A stretch of DNA of 63,440 bases, from positions 1 through 63,440 of the IMG/VR virus record IMGVR_UViG_3300047509_000062; one strand, written 5' to 3'. Made by a program: the position numbers and the translations under genes. Origin of the DNA: a virus (Duplodnaviria > Caudoviricetes). The notes beneath the pieces are model-generated. The model was not told where the DNA came from. It ran no database searches and saw nothing but the letters and a program-made list of their open reading frames with translations. This document shows, piece by piece, positions 18,782 through 28,709 of this stretch (within the stretch, counting starts at the first letter, position 1; every line of letters starts with the position of its first letter).

Positions 18782-19434
18782 ACGTCTCCGAAGCCTGCCG
18801 CGAACTTGCAGCGCACGGCCTTGTCCCGTGGTCGAGCGGGAATGCGAGTGTCCGCGAAAGCCATGTCTCGAAAGAGTGTCCGAGTGGTATGGACTATATG
18901 CGGATCAAAGGAACGGGGTTTCGTTGCTCGCGAGCAACCGACACAAACATAGCCTTAGTACAAATTGTTGACGGGTACATATGTGGAGAGCCTAAACCAT
19001 CCACCGACTCCGAAGCCCACCGCTGGATTTACAACCACCTCCCCGATATCAACGGGGTGGTTCACACTCACAGCCACTATGCTACTACATTCGCGGTCTC
19101 GCACAAGGAAATTCCCTGCTGCATGACGCAGATGGAGGACGTGTTCGGCGGCAATATCCCGCTCTCAGAATACTGCCAGATCGGCGGCGAGGACATCGGC
19201 AAGGAGGTTGTGAGGCTATACGAGCGCACGCATGTCCCTGCCGTCCTGATACGCTCACATGGCCTGTTTACGATAGGCGATACGCTGGAGAACGCAGTCC
19301 GCAACGCCATCCTAGCCGAACACTGCGCCGCAATCGCATGGCGCGCGATGCAGATGGGAAACGTGTTTGTGCCGAGCAAGGAAGAGATTGCGAAGAACCA
19401 CGAACGCTATACGAACGAATACGGCCAGCCATGA
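18778..19434 (+). CDS. araD: Class II aldolase family, L-ribulose-5-phosphate 4-epimerase-like
   Basis: SSGNAS, KPSTD, VVHTHSHYAT, SHG zinc ligands, C-terminal YGQ. Confidence 0.85.
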   Translation: MNVSEACRELAAHGLVPWSSGNASVRESHVSKECPSGMDYMRIKGTGFRCSRATDTNIALVQIVDGYICGEPKPSTDSEAHRWIYNHLPDINGVVHTHSHYATTFAVSHKEIPCCMTQMEDVFGGNIPLSEYCQIGGEDIGKEVVRLYERTHVPAVLIRSHGLFTIGDTLENAVRNAILAEHCAAIAWRAMQMGNVFVPSKEEIAKNHERYTNEYGQP

Positions 19435-20390
19435 ACGTACACGAACTCCTCGCCTCATTCGAGAGCAAGCGTATATTAGTTGTGGGCGATCTCGTCATAG
19501 ATATCGCGACACACCTTGAACGCATCAAGGATGACGACACCGGCAAGCCCACCTACCGCACGATACTGGACGAGCGCGGCAAGGCGGATCGTTTCTCCAT
19601 CGGCGGCGCCGGTCTCGTGGTTCGCAACCTTCTGGAACTCGGGGCCAAGGTGGATTTTATTACCGCGACCGGCTACGGCACAGGCTCTCTCCATGCCGAG
19701 ACATTCCAGCATATCAATCTCACGAAGCACGCAATCAAGGTCGCCAAGCCACAGACAGTCAAGCACCGCTTCTGGTGCGGCGGCGAGAAGGTGATGCAGG
19801 TTGATACGGTGGATAATTCACCGCTTGAGTGGGTTGATGAAACGTCGCTGTGGGTTCAGTGGGATATGAGCGTAGGTCTGTTCTCAAAATCTCACGACGC
19901 GATCATTGTTGCAGATTATCGACACGGACTTATAAACGAGGACACCGCGCACCGCATCGTGAAAGCTCGCAACAAAGATATTCCTCTCTACGTCTCCTCT
20001 CAGGTCGCGCAGTCTGGAAGCAATCACGAATGGTATGTTGCGCCAAATGTCGTCATTGTGATGAATAAACACGAGGCGGAGGAGAGTGGTCTGTCGGCAT
20101 GTGATTCGTTCCGTGAGGCGATAGTAACGGACGGTGATCGCGGAGGGTGGATTTACACACCGAAGGGAATAGAGAATTGGGGTCCGGCATTCGTGAACGC
20201 AATCGATCCGTGCGGTGCCGGCGATGCTTTCCTAGCCGCATACTCTCTCACGCACGACCTGCAATTCGCCAACACATGGGCTGGATTGAGCGTAACCGTT
20301 CAAGGCGCAAATCCTCCGACGAAACAGATGCTCCTCGGCTGGCACGAGAAGCAAAACTTCGAGCCGTTTGAAATGGCGTTCTGCGGATGA
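19431..20390 (+). CDS. PfkB-family sugar kinase, HldE/RfaE domain I-like
   Basis: ILVVGDLVID, GGAGLVVRNLLELGA, T.K.RF, IIVADY.HG, DPCGAGDAF. Confidence 0.88.
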   Translation: MNVHELLASFESKRILVVGDLVIDIATHLERIKDDDTGKPTYRTILDERGKADRFSIGGAGLVVRNLLELGAKVDFITATGYGTGSLHAETFQHINLTKHAIKVAKPQTVKHRFWCGGEKVMQVDTVDNSPLEWVDETSLWVQWDMSVGLFSKSHDAIIVADYRHGLINEDTAHRIVKARNKDIPLYVSSQVAQSGSNHEWYVAPNVVIVMNKHEAEESGLSACDSFREAIVTDGDRGGWIYTPKGIENWGPAFVNAIDPCGAGDAFLAAYSLTHDLQFANTWAGLSVTVQGANPPTKQMLLGWHEKQNFEPFEMAFCG

Positions 20391-20761
20391 AGCGCCAACT
20401 GGAAAGAAAGGTCACATATTGGGGCGGCGTTGATTTCGTCCGCGCCTCGACGGGGCTTGCGGTTAAGGTTATTTACATGCGTTCTGGGTGTCAAAGCAGC
20501 CTCGAATACCATGTCAAAAAGCACGAAATCTATTGGCTGGCGGAAGGCGAATTGAAGATTGGCTTGCGTTCTGGACGCGGCGTCAATTCATCCGTCACGC
20601 TGAAAGAAGGCGAGTGCTATGAGATAGCTCCCGGAACGATGCACATGCGTATCGCGCTCACGGACTGCGCGATATACGAAGCCTGTTCCTATGACGATGA
20701 TTCTGATACGTTCATCGTTGAGCCGGGAGAAACGTATCAACACAAGGACACAATCGCATGA
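20387..20761 (+). CDS. Cupin-fold sugar isomerase-like protein
   Basis: YWGG...SSLEYHVKKHE....EG.L...IAPGTMH...IYEA.SYDDDSDT. Confidence 0.8.
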   Translation: MKRQLERKVTYWGGVDFVRASTGLAVKVIYMRSGCQSSLEYHVKKHEIYWLAEGELKIGLRSGRGVNSSVTLKEGECYEIAPGTMHMRIALTDCAIYEACSYDDDSDTFIVEPGETYQHKDTIA

Positions 20762-21498
20762 GCGAATTTTTCCTCGACAGCGCCAACCTTGACGACATCA
20801 AAGCCTGCGTCGAGCGCGGCATCATCTCGGGAGTAACGGTCAACCAATCTCTCCTCGCCAAGGAGCCGAAGCGGCCCTACGAGGAGCATCTTGCGGACAT
20901 CGTCAACCTGCTGCGTCCCGACAAGCTGCATCTCAGCGCGCCGGTCCCAGAAGGTACACCGGAGCAGATGATTGAAGCCGGTAAACAACTACGTGCCGCG
21001 CTGCGTTACGAAAATCTCGCACTCAAAGTGCCGGTATCGTGGGCAATGCTTCCCGTCATCCACGAACTCAGCAAGACGGGTGCCGTGAATGCGACATGCG
21101 TATTCACCGCGCTACAGGCGAAGCTGGGCGCTGATGCAGGCGCGAACGCTGTCTCCGTATTCGTGGGCCGCATCAATGATGCAGACGAGCCTCAGAAGCA
21201 GGCGGGCTACACGGTGCTGCGCGATGTTCACTTGCGTAGATATAACGACCAACCAATCGAGACACATGCGAAAGCAACCCTATTCAATCCGGCACCCGCG
21301 CCAGAGAAGAAGGTTATTCTCCCCCGCATCATCGCCGGCAGCATCCGCGATTCCGACATGGCTAAAGCGGCCATCCTTGCGGGCGCAGATATCGTCACCA
21401 CCTCTCGCGCCGTTCTGGAAGCAATGGCAACTGACGCACATTCACAGACCTCAATCGACAAATTCAACGCGGACTGGACGGCATGGACCAGCCCGTAA
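20758..21498 (+). CDS. Transaldolase / fructose-6-phosphate aldolase family (TalC/MipB type)
   Basis: FFLDSANL, GVTVNQSL, LKVP (Schiff-base Lys), VNATCVFT..QA, FVGRIND, IIAGSIR, AGADIVT. Confidence 0.88.
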   Translation: MSEFFLDSANLDDIKACVERGIISGVTVNQSLLAKEPKRPYEEHLADIVNLLRPDKLHLSAPVPEGTPEQMIEAGKQLRAALRYENLALKVPVSWAMLPVIHELSKTGAVNATCVFTALQAKLGADAGANAVSVFVGRINDADEPQKQAGYTVLRDVHLRRYNDQPIETHAKATLFNPAPAPEKKVILPRIIAGSIRDSDMAKAAILAGADIVTTSRAVLEAMATDAHSQTSIDKFNADWTAWTSP

Positions 21499-22910
21499 AC
21501 AATCTGTTCTCGCTCCGTCGCAAGCAGGCCATCGAATTCGTCAATCAGGGCGTGATCGACACGAACGGCGCCAATGGACTGCCCAAGAATCCGCAACTTG
21601 GGTATCAGAAAATATGCTCTGCCGTCGAAATCGACCCGACATTCGCGCACGGCTGGTTCAATGTCGGCAACGCGAACGGTGACTTGAAGCTGGGGCGGGC
21701 TGCTGTTGCGGCCTATAGACGCGCGCTACAGATGAAAAAGGGCACCGAGATTGGCGATCTCACGGCGAACTACCGCGCGCATTGCCTCTGCAACCTGGGC
21801 CACAGCCTCTATCATCTGGGAAAACTGGACGAAGCCAAGCAGCACACTCTAGCGTCAATCGAGATGGACAACAAGCTCGCCTTCTCGTGGATCAATCTCT
21901 CCATGATCCAATCCATGCAGGGCGAGGACGAAGCGGCGGAAGTATCAGCCCGCAAGGCACATTTTCTGGACTCGGGGAACGCTGCCATTGAAGTTGGATT
22001 GGCCTTTTCTCTGCTACATCAGAAGAAATATGAGGAGGGTTTACGAGCCTTTGAAGCCCGCTACCCGTATAAGCTCACGCATTTCCTCCAGTACCCATAC
22101 CCGCAATGGAAGGGGGAGAATGGCGCCGAATTATTCCTCTGCTCCGATCAGGGGCTTGGTGATTCGATCGATTTCCTCCGCTTCGTTCCAGAAGTGCAGA
22201 AGCGGTGCAAGCATGTCTGGCTCGGCTGCCAGCAGGAATTGATCTCGACCGTGCAGGCCATGTTCGGCCACTATGAGAATTTTACGTTCCTTCCTCTCCC
22301 CCAACCGTTCCCGCCCGCTACCCATTGGGCGGCGCTGATGAGCCTGCCGACCGCTCTGAGGCTCAACGACAAGCAGATCGCCAATACGCCGATGCCGGAA
22401 TGCAAGGTGCCGGATACCGCTGCACCGTGGAAGAACGAGAACGCAAAGTTTCATGTCGGCATCGCGTGGGCAGGATCGCCGATGAACGAGGTTGACCAAT
22501 ACCGCTCCGCATCGGTGGATAATTTCCTCGAGCTGGCCCGCGTGCCGAATGTTCAACTCTATTCGTTGCAGGTTGGCGAGCGAGCGCCGGAACTGCACAT
22601 CGCAGGCGCGGCCACAATCCTCAAAGACCTGTCGGCGTACATCCGAACGGTCATGGATACGCTTTCCATTCTCAAACATCTCGACATGGTGATTTGCGTC
22701 GATACCGGCGTGGGGCACATGGCCGGGATGATGGATGTGGAAACGTGGATACCCGTGGCGTATAACGGTTGCTGCTGGCGATTTACGCGGCACGGGGAGA
22801 GTGCGTTGTGGTATGGAAAACACCGCCTGTTCAGGCAAGGCGCAGACGCCAAGTGGGAGCCAGTGTTCGAAAATATCGTCGCTGAATTGGATCGGAAAGT
22901 GAATGGCTGA
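21483..22910 (+). CDS. TPR-repeat protein fused to a GT-B, GT9-like glycosyltransferase
   Basis: N-terminal TPRs (AHGWFNVGNA, CNLGHSLYHLGKLDEA); DQGLGDSIDFLRF, VGIAWAGS, YSLQ, LDMVICVDTGVGHMAG. Confidence 0.88.
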   Translation: MDQPVNNLFSLRRKQAIEFVNQGVIDTNGANGLPKNPQLGYQKICSAVEIDPTFAHGWFNVGNANGDLKLGRAAVAAYRRALQMKKGTEIGDLTANYRAHCLCNLGHSLYHLGKLDEAKQHTLASIEMDNKLAFSWINLSMIQSMQGEDEAAEVSARKAHFLDSGNAAIEVGLAFSLLHQKKYEEGLRAFEARYPYKLTHFLQYPYPQWKGENGAELFLCSDQGLGDSIDFLRFVPEVQKRCKHVWLGCQQELISTVQAMFGHYENFTFLPLPQPFPPATHWAALMSLPTALRLNDKQIANTPMPECKVPDTAAPWKNENAKFHVGIAWAGSPMNEVDQYRSASVDNFLELARVPNVQLYSLQVGERAPELHIAGAATILKDLSAYIRTVMDTLSILKHLDMVICVDTGVGHMAGMMDVETWIPVAYNGCCWRFTRHGESALWYGKHRLFRQGADAKWEPVFENIVAELDRKVNG

Positions 22911-23814
22911 ACGGGACATAGTCGAGATGCTTTGTGATCTACACAAGCAGGCGACTGTTGAGCGAAGCCATTATTACACTGGAAAAGTTATCGCGTTAGC
23001 AACATCGGAAATAATCAATCTTCGCTCTGAAAATGCCAGACTAAAAGAAATAGCGAGAGGCACCAATGGTACTGGGCAATGTAAGCCATGATGTAATCCC
23101 GTCTCTGTCTCAGGACGAAGAGACGATCATGATGCTGGCGATCAGTGGTGAATCCATGATGCCTATCGGGCGATGGGAGAAGCCTGTCGAGCATCTCGTG
23201 GAGTTGGGGTTTCTCAATGGTCCTGACCGATTCAACGCCTACATCACGAATGAGGGCAAGAAATTCTGGGCTGCGCATGTTGAGGGGCAACCGCAACGCC
23301 TCGCATCGCAAATAGAGGAAGCGCACGGCTCCATCACGGACGCCATCCGAAAATGCGCAGAGACGTTGGCGGAAGCTGCGCGACAATCCAGCAAGGCAAC
23401 CGGAGACCGGCCACAATTCATCGCGAAGAAATGGAGCAAGGTCATTCTGACCGAAGCGTTGAAGCTCCTCGACCCATGAACGGCGTTGCATTCCTTGACG
23501 AGGACGTGCGGTTCTTCTCGCAGAACACGAAGCGTCAGATACGCATTCGCCGCGCGCATACCGGGGAGCGCAACGAGGAGTTTAACTCGCTAGGCTTTCA
23601 CGACCCGGAGCGCCGTCGCATTATCGCGTGGAAGGTACCGAAGGGCAATCCGTTCGGCGAGGGGCGCATACTGAAAATTCCATATCTGCAATTCGCGGAC
23701 GAAACGATAGTGGACAGCGACGAAGTGTTGCTGCCGATACTGAAAGAGATCATGCTCGACGCGGCGGAGAAGCACGGCATCAAACCGCCAGCGAGGATAC
23801 ACAATGGCTGCTAA
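22903..23814 (+). CDS. Three hypothetical genes (22903-23091, 23066-23479, 23476-23814)
   Basis: Overlapping ORFs between the glycosyltransferase and the terminase. Confidence 0.55.
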
Positions 23815-24022
23815 CATGCGAACGGTGTTTTCGTCCACGGTGTTGGAGATTGGTCACGATCCTGATACGAACGAGTTACACGTCCGCTGGCGCTCAGGAA
23901 AGCATAGCGTATATTCCGGCGTTCCTGCACACCTTGCAGATTCGGTATCGTCCGCGTGGTCGATCGGTAAGGCCATTCACTCACAGGTAAAGCCATTTCA
24001 CGAGCATCGGTATGATGAATGA
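23804..24022 (+). CDS. KTSC domain protein
   Basis: V.SS.V.EIGHDP....L.VRW.SG....YSGVP.......A.SIGK. Confidence 0.85.
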   Translation: MAANMRTVFSSTVLEIGHDPDTNELHVRWRSGKHSVYSGVPAHLADSVSSAWSIGKAIHSQVKPFHEHRYDE

Positions 24023-24270
24023 GTGAAGAAACAGATTTCTCTAAGCCATTCCGTGCGATGGCAACCCGCATAGACATGAACGCGAAAGAGGGGTTCAGCG
24101 GGGCGTTTGTGATTAGACCGCCGGGGGATCAGCCAGAGGTCGCGTTGCTCCTGCTCCATAACAAGGAAGACGCCGCTATGTTCTGGAGTCTCGTGAAAAC
24201 GAAGGCTGAAATCGCGTTGCAGGAACTCGCCTCTGCAGAACAACAAAACCAATGGCATGGACGGCGGTAG
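24019..24270 (+). CDS. Hypothetical protein upstream of the terminase
   Basis: 83-aa coupled ORF. Confidence 0.6.
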   Translation: MSEETDFSKPFRAMATRIDMNAKEGFSGAFVIRPPGDQPEVALLLLHNKEDAAMFWSLVKTKAEIALQELASAEQQNQWHGRR

Positions 24271-24277
24271 ATGCGTC

Positions 24278-26182
24278 ATGTCGTCATGGACAAGGCAAAA
24301 GCGGGAGACATTCGAAGCCGCGTTCTATGAATTTCTAGGCACGGTCTACATCAATTCCAAAGACCTTGGGAAAACATGCCTCGGAGATAACATCTACGAA
24401 GCGCAGCGCCGCTTTATATCCACTGTCCTAGACGGGCTGGAAGAGGACATTCACAACATCTACGTGTTGAAGAGTCGGCAGCTTGGCCTCTCGACTATCT
24501 CGCGCGCCTTCACGGTGTTCTATCTCGGGATGCACGATGGGTTAGGCGGCGCAACTGTATTCGACACGGACGAGAACAAGAACAACGCCCGCCGTGAAAT
24601 CGAGAGCATGATTACTAATCTGCCGAAGTCGATACAGTTTCCGCGCATAAAGGGGAACAATCGTGGCGGGATATTTCTGCAAAACGAATCCGGCATTCGC
24701 TTCATGGCGGCGGGCGTTAAAAAGAGTAAATCGAGCGGCGTGCTTGGTCGATCCGTTGGCCTCTCATTCGCCCACTGTTCGGAGCTATGTTCGTGGGATG
24801 CTGGAGAGGGTGTTGAGGCGTTCATCAATTCGCTATCGGAAGAAAACCCCGACCGTCTGTATATTTGGGAAAGTACCGCGCGAGGATTCAACTTATGGCA
24901 CGAGCTGTGGACCACGGCTCGCGAAGACATAAATCATTCGAAGTGTTTGTTCCTCGGCTGGTATCTGAAGCCAAACCAGCAGATCAAGCGCAGCGATCCA
25001 GATTTCGAACGATACGGCGTCGATCCTCCATCCAAGAAGGAAATGAAGCGCATCAACGAGGTGCGCGAGAAGTACAACTGGAACATCACGCCGGAACAGC
25101 TCGCATGGGTTCGTCGCAAGATGGACCCGACTGCGAAAGCGGAAGGCGATGCAAAGGCGGAATATGTAGGTAGTACGCTTCGATTGCAGGAGCAACCCTG
25201 GACCGAAGAAGACGCTTTCCAGATGACGGGAGCGACGTTCTTTGATCCTCCCACGCTGACGGAGATGGCAAACAAGCACGTCAACAAGAAATTCAAGACC
25301 TATAGTTACGCTCCGGGGATAGAGTTTTCGGATTGCAAGATATATCCGGCTCACAATGCGCGTTCCGTCGAATTGAAAGTGTGGGAGGAACCGGAGGAGG
25401 GAGCAACCTATGTGGTATCTGCTGACGTTGCGTTCGGCATCAACGAGAAGAATGATAGGTCCGCGGTTCAGGTTCTTCGATGCTATGCGGACGGTCTGGA
25501 TCAGGTTGCGGAATACGCTTGGCCGCTGATTAACAGCCGCGCGTTCGGTTGGGTGATAGCTTCGTTGCTAGGCTGGTACGCTGGCGAAACCGCCGATGTG
25601 TATCTCATTCTGGAATTGAATGGCCCCGGCGAGGCGACATGGAACGAACTGCAATCGCTGAAACGCTATCTCGCGATGCCGTATGAGCCGAAGCAGGTGG
25701 AGGAAAAGGGCCTTCGCAACATCTTCCGCAACGTCAAGAGCTATATCTACACCCGTTCGGATTCTATGAGTGCCGGCCATGCGTTGCAATTCAAGACGAC
25801 CACGCAGCTCAAGGTCACGATCATGGAGAGGTTGCGGGATTTCGTCTCCAACGGTATGCTTCATGTGCGGTCTCTGGACACGATAGAGGAGATGAGATCG
25901 GTTGCCCGCGACGGAGATTCAATCGAGGCGCAGGGGTCGAAGAAAGACGACCGCGTTATGTCTCTGGCCCTTGGGGTGCATTGCTGGGAAGCAAAGCCGC
26001 GACGAATCATGATGGCGCAGAAGCTCACTCGGGAGAATGTGATCGCCCGGAAGCGCCTGACCGTCAAGGACCAATATCAGCTTTACAACACAAACCAGTT
26101 GCAGACATTCTTCGATGCGAAGCGTAAGCAGCGGGTGGCGACCGCAGCGGCAATTCGACGGGCGTCATGGAGAAGCAGATGA
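24278..26182 (+). CDS. terL: Terminase large subunit
   Basis: Walker A LKSRQLGLST, Walker B FAHCSE, motif III ESTARG, nuclease VSADVA and KDDRVMSLA. Confidence 0.9.
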   Translation: MSSWTRQKRETFEAAFYEFLGTVYINSKDLGKTCLGDNIYEAQRRFISTVLDGLEEDIHNIYVLKSRQLGLSTISRAFTVFYLGMHDGLGGATVFDTDENKNNARREIESMITNLPKSIQFPRIKGNNRGGIFLQNESGIRFMAAGVKKSKSSGVLGRSVGLSFAHCSELCSWDAGEGVEAFINSLSEENPDRLYIWESTARGFNLWHELWTTAREDINHSKCLFLGWYLKPNQQIKRSDPDFERYGVDPPSKKEMKRINEVREKYNWNITPEQLAWVRRKMDPTAKAEGDAKAEYVGSTLRLQEQPWTEEDAFQMTGATFFDPPTLTEMANKHVNKKFKTYSYAPGIEFSDCKIYPAHNARSVELKVWEEPEEGATYVVSADVAFGINEKNDRSAVQVLRCYADGLDQVAEYAWPLINSRAFGWVIASLLGWYAGETADVYLILELNGPGEATWNELQSLKRYLAMPYEPKQVEEKGLRNIFRNVKSYIYTRSDSMSAGHALQFKTTTQLKVTIMERLRDFVSNGMLHVRSLDTIEEMRSVARDGDSIEAQGSKKDDRVMSLALGVHCWEAKPRRIMMAQKLTRENVIARKRLTVKDQYQLYNTNQLQTFFDAKRKQRVATAAAIRRASWRSR

Positions 26183-26421
26183 GCGAGCTAAAGGTTCTTC
26201 CAACAAGAGAGAGGGAGCGCAGCGCCGATCTGATGGAGAAGTTGGAATATCTAATGGGCCTTGCAAAGAGTGGCGACATCGAATCAATCGTAGCCGTCGC
26301 GTTCAGGCCAAGCGGCAGGTTTGTGAGCGTTCGAAGCGGTGTGAAAGACGGACTTCACGTAATTGGCTGTCTTGAAACTCTCAAGCATGATATGATGAAT
26401 GACATGGACGTTCCGTCATGA
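26179..26421 (+). CDS. Hypothetical protein
   Basis: Coupled ORF, AKSGDIESIVAVA. Confidence 0.6.
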   Translation: MSELKVLPTRERERSADLMEKLEYLMGLAKSGDIESIVAVAFRPSGRFVSVRSGVKDGLHVIGCLETLKHDMMNDMDVPS

Positions 26422-26987
26422 CCAAGATGCGGACCTACGAATGCCCTTCATGCGTTGGACGCTTCGAATATCTGCATCATCCCAATGTCCAAGCTGACCC
26501 CCCTCCCCGTTTCTGTCCTCTATGCGGCTTCGACACGCTCGCGGACGAAGCATTGGCTCTCACGGTTCCTATTACGTCTCCGCACATTCAGAACTCGGCT
26601 GTCGTTAAGGGTGTGGATGGCGCATGGCAGGCCGAACAGGAAGGAGCGAAATTCAGGGCCGAATTGAGTGGCGAATCGTCTCTCTCTATCACGGACATGA
26701 AGGACAATCTCAGGGCGGGGGATATCACGGCAATTCCGGTCAACAATACCGTCACGCAGGCCATGGAGCAGACTCCGGGGCAATTCGGCTGGCAACGCGA
26801 ACAGGGACTAGCCGTGTCTCAACTGGCCCATTCGTTCCCCGATCCACGCCTCGGCAAGGTGATTATGCCCAACGCTGGCGCAAGGGCCATGAATGCTGTA
26901 CGTTCGGCTCACGCGGCGGCTGGCGGGACCATAACCGATACTCCGGCGCTTGAGACGCAACAGCCGGGATATCGGAGACGGGCGTGA
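26418..26987 (+). CDS. Zinc-ribbon (FmdB-like) protein
   Basis: YECPSC..RFE...CPLCG; lies between terL and portal. Confidence 0.65.
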   Translation: MTKMRTYECPSCVGRFEYLHHPNVQADPPPRFCPLCGFDTLADEALALTVPITSPHIQNSAVVKGVDGAWQAEQEGAKFRAELSGESSLSITDMKDNLRAGDITAIPVNNTVTQAMEQTPGQFGWQREQGLAVSQLAHSFPDPRLGKVIMPNAGARAMNAVRSAHAAAGGTITDTPALETQQPGYRRRA

Positions 26988-28708
26988 TCCGGTTAGACAC
27001 TGAAAACCGCAGGAAGCTCACAAGTCAGGTTCTCGAAATTGCCGACTCGTGCCGCGCTTCTCAGGGCATGAGGGCGGCGTATTACAGGCTTCTCAGCGCC
27101 CTTTGCGATACCGGAACACAGGACGGCGAACGCTCGCTAATCAACAAGCTCTATAACCATATCGACCGTCTAGCCGCCCATCTTTTCAGCCCGACATCTC
27201 TGCAATTCAACATCGATTTCGAGAATGTGTATCCGAAGAACGTCATGGAACGTGGACACGCGGCGGCGCGCATTCTCACTCGCCAATTCGAGCGGTCGAA
27301 TACCGACACGACCTTTGCCCGCGGGGTGTTCGAAGCCCTGAAATATGGGGCCGCTATCCTGAAACAATGGCCTGAACAGGTTGAGGACGGCAAGGTAGAG
27401 TATCAGAAATCCATCGTCATGCCGTGGCAGTTTTCGGTCTATCGCGAGGACATGAACGACCTGTCAAAGCAATCTGCCATGTGCGAGACGGCCATGCTTA
27501 CGTTGCCGGAAGTATGGCGGCGCATCTATCACTTCCCGGACGCGGACAAGCTATTCACAAGGATCAAGACGCACGCGCAACGCGGCGATGCCGATTCGGA
27601 ATACAACAGCTTCTTTCATCAGGTGCTATCGACTTCTCAGTTACAGACAGGGATTCAGGGTGCGACACGACCGATACCGGGAGGCATAGTCCAGCTCGCC
27701 AACAATCCGAATCAGGCGGTCATGTCGCCGCAGTTGTCCGTCGATCTCGTCAAATTCCACGAGGTTTGGGTGCAGGGCGAGAAGGATTACGTCACGCTGC
27801 AAATCATCGAGCCTGACGTTCTCATAGCCCCGAGACCGGATTTCAAGCTGTCGAACCTGCTAATTTCCGGCGACAATCATTCAGGAGTCCACCCATACAC
27901 GCTTATCCAGCCCAACGAAGTGCAGGGCTATTTCTTCGGGCGGTCAGAACTCACCGACCTCATGCGGCCACAGGAATTGCTGTCGATATTCACCGACGAT
28001 GCAAAGCGTCTCGTAGGGCTTCAGATCGACAAGATCATCGGATTTGTCGGGTTCGACGGGTTGACAGACGAGCTATACGACCAGCAACGGAACGCCGGAT
28101 TTGTCAATGCCCCACAGGGCACAACGATGACGGACCTTACCCCGAAATTCCCATCCGAACTCCTGCCATTCATCCAGTTTCTGATTACCACCGTTGACCA
28201 GATGGGAGGCTTCGATAACATCCTCGCCGGCAAGGGCGAGCCCGGAGTTAGAGCAGGAAGTCACGCACAGACATTGCTGAAAACGGCTTCTCCACGTCTC
28301 CGGGATCGTTCCTTGCTTGTGGAACGCCAGTGTGCCCAAGCCGCAGATTTGCTTCTAACCGTAATGGAAGCCAAGGACGCGCACAATTACTGGACGGACG
28401 GGACCGATCTAAAGACGATTGAGCAGTCATCCTTCAAGCTGGACGATTTACCGGAAGATCGCCGCGTTTCAGTCGATTCGCATTCTTCCAGCCCGATATT
28501 TGCCGACGATCATCAGCAACTCATCGCGTTCGGATTGCAGGCTGGGATCATCGACGGCCACTATGCAATAGACAATCTGCCGTATCCCGACAAGGAACGG
28601 GCTCACGCGAATTTACGGGACAAGGAAAAGAGGGAAGCGGAATTGCTCCAGCAGCATCCTGAATTGCTGGAGAAGATGGTTGGTAAAGGCGGCGGTCACA
28701 AACACTAG
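26984..28708 (+). CDS. Portal protein
   Basis: 574 aa after terL; FFGRSEL and ILAGKGEPGVRAGSHAQTL portal-like motifs. Confidence 0.8.
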   Translation: MIRLDTENRRKLTSQVLEIADSCRASQGMRAAYYRLLSALCDTGTQDGERSLINKLYNHIDRLAAHLFSPTSLQFNIDFENVYPKNVMERGHAAARILTRQFERSNTDTTFARGVFEALKYGAAILKQWPEQVEDGKVEYQKSIVMPWQFSVYREDMNDLSKQSAMCETAMLTLPEVWRRIYHFPDADKLFTRIKTHAQRGDADSEYNSFFHQVLSTSQLQTGIQGATRPIPGGIVQLANNPNQAVMSPQLSVDLVKFHEVWVQGEKDYVTLQIIEPDVLIAPRPDFKLSNLLISGDNHSGVHPYTLIQPNEVQGYFFGRSELTDLMRPQELLSIFTDDAKRLVGLQIDKIIGFVGFDGLTDELYDQQRNAGFVNAPQGTTMTDLTPKFPSELLPFIQFLITTVDQMGGFDNILAGKGEPGVRAGSHAQTLLKTASPRLRDRSLLVERQCAQAADLLLTVMEAKDAHNYWTDGTDLKTIEQSSFKLDDLPEDRRVSVDSHSSSPIFADDHQQLIAFGLQAGIIDGHYAIDNLPYPDKERAHANLRDKEKREAELLQQHPELLEKMVGKGGGHKH

Positions 28709-28709
28709 G

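Noticed and set aside
17742-22910. Sugar genes as host contamination
   Set aside because: They overlap phage-type genes on both sides, in the middle of a circular contig.
17742-22910. DNA hypermodification pathway
   Set aside because: No DNA polymerase, base hydroxymethylase or nucleotide kinase recognised, and TPR-GT9 points to protein or lipid acceptors. Disfavoured, not excluded.
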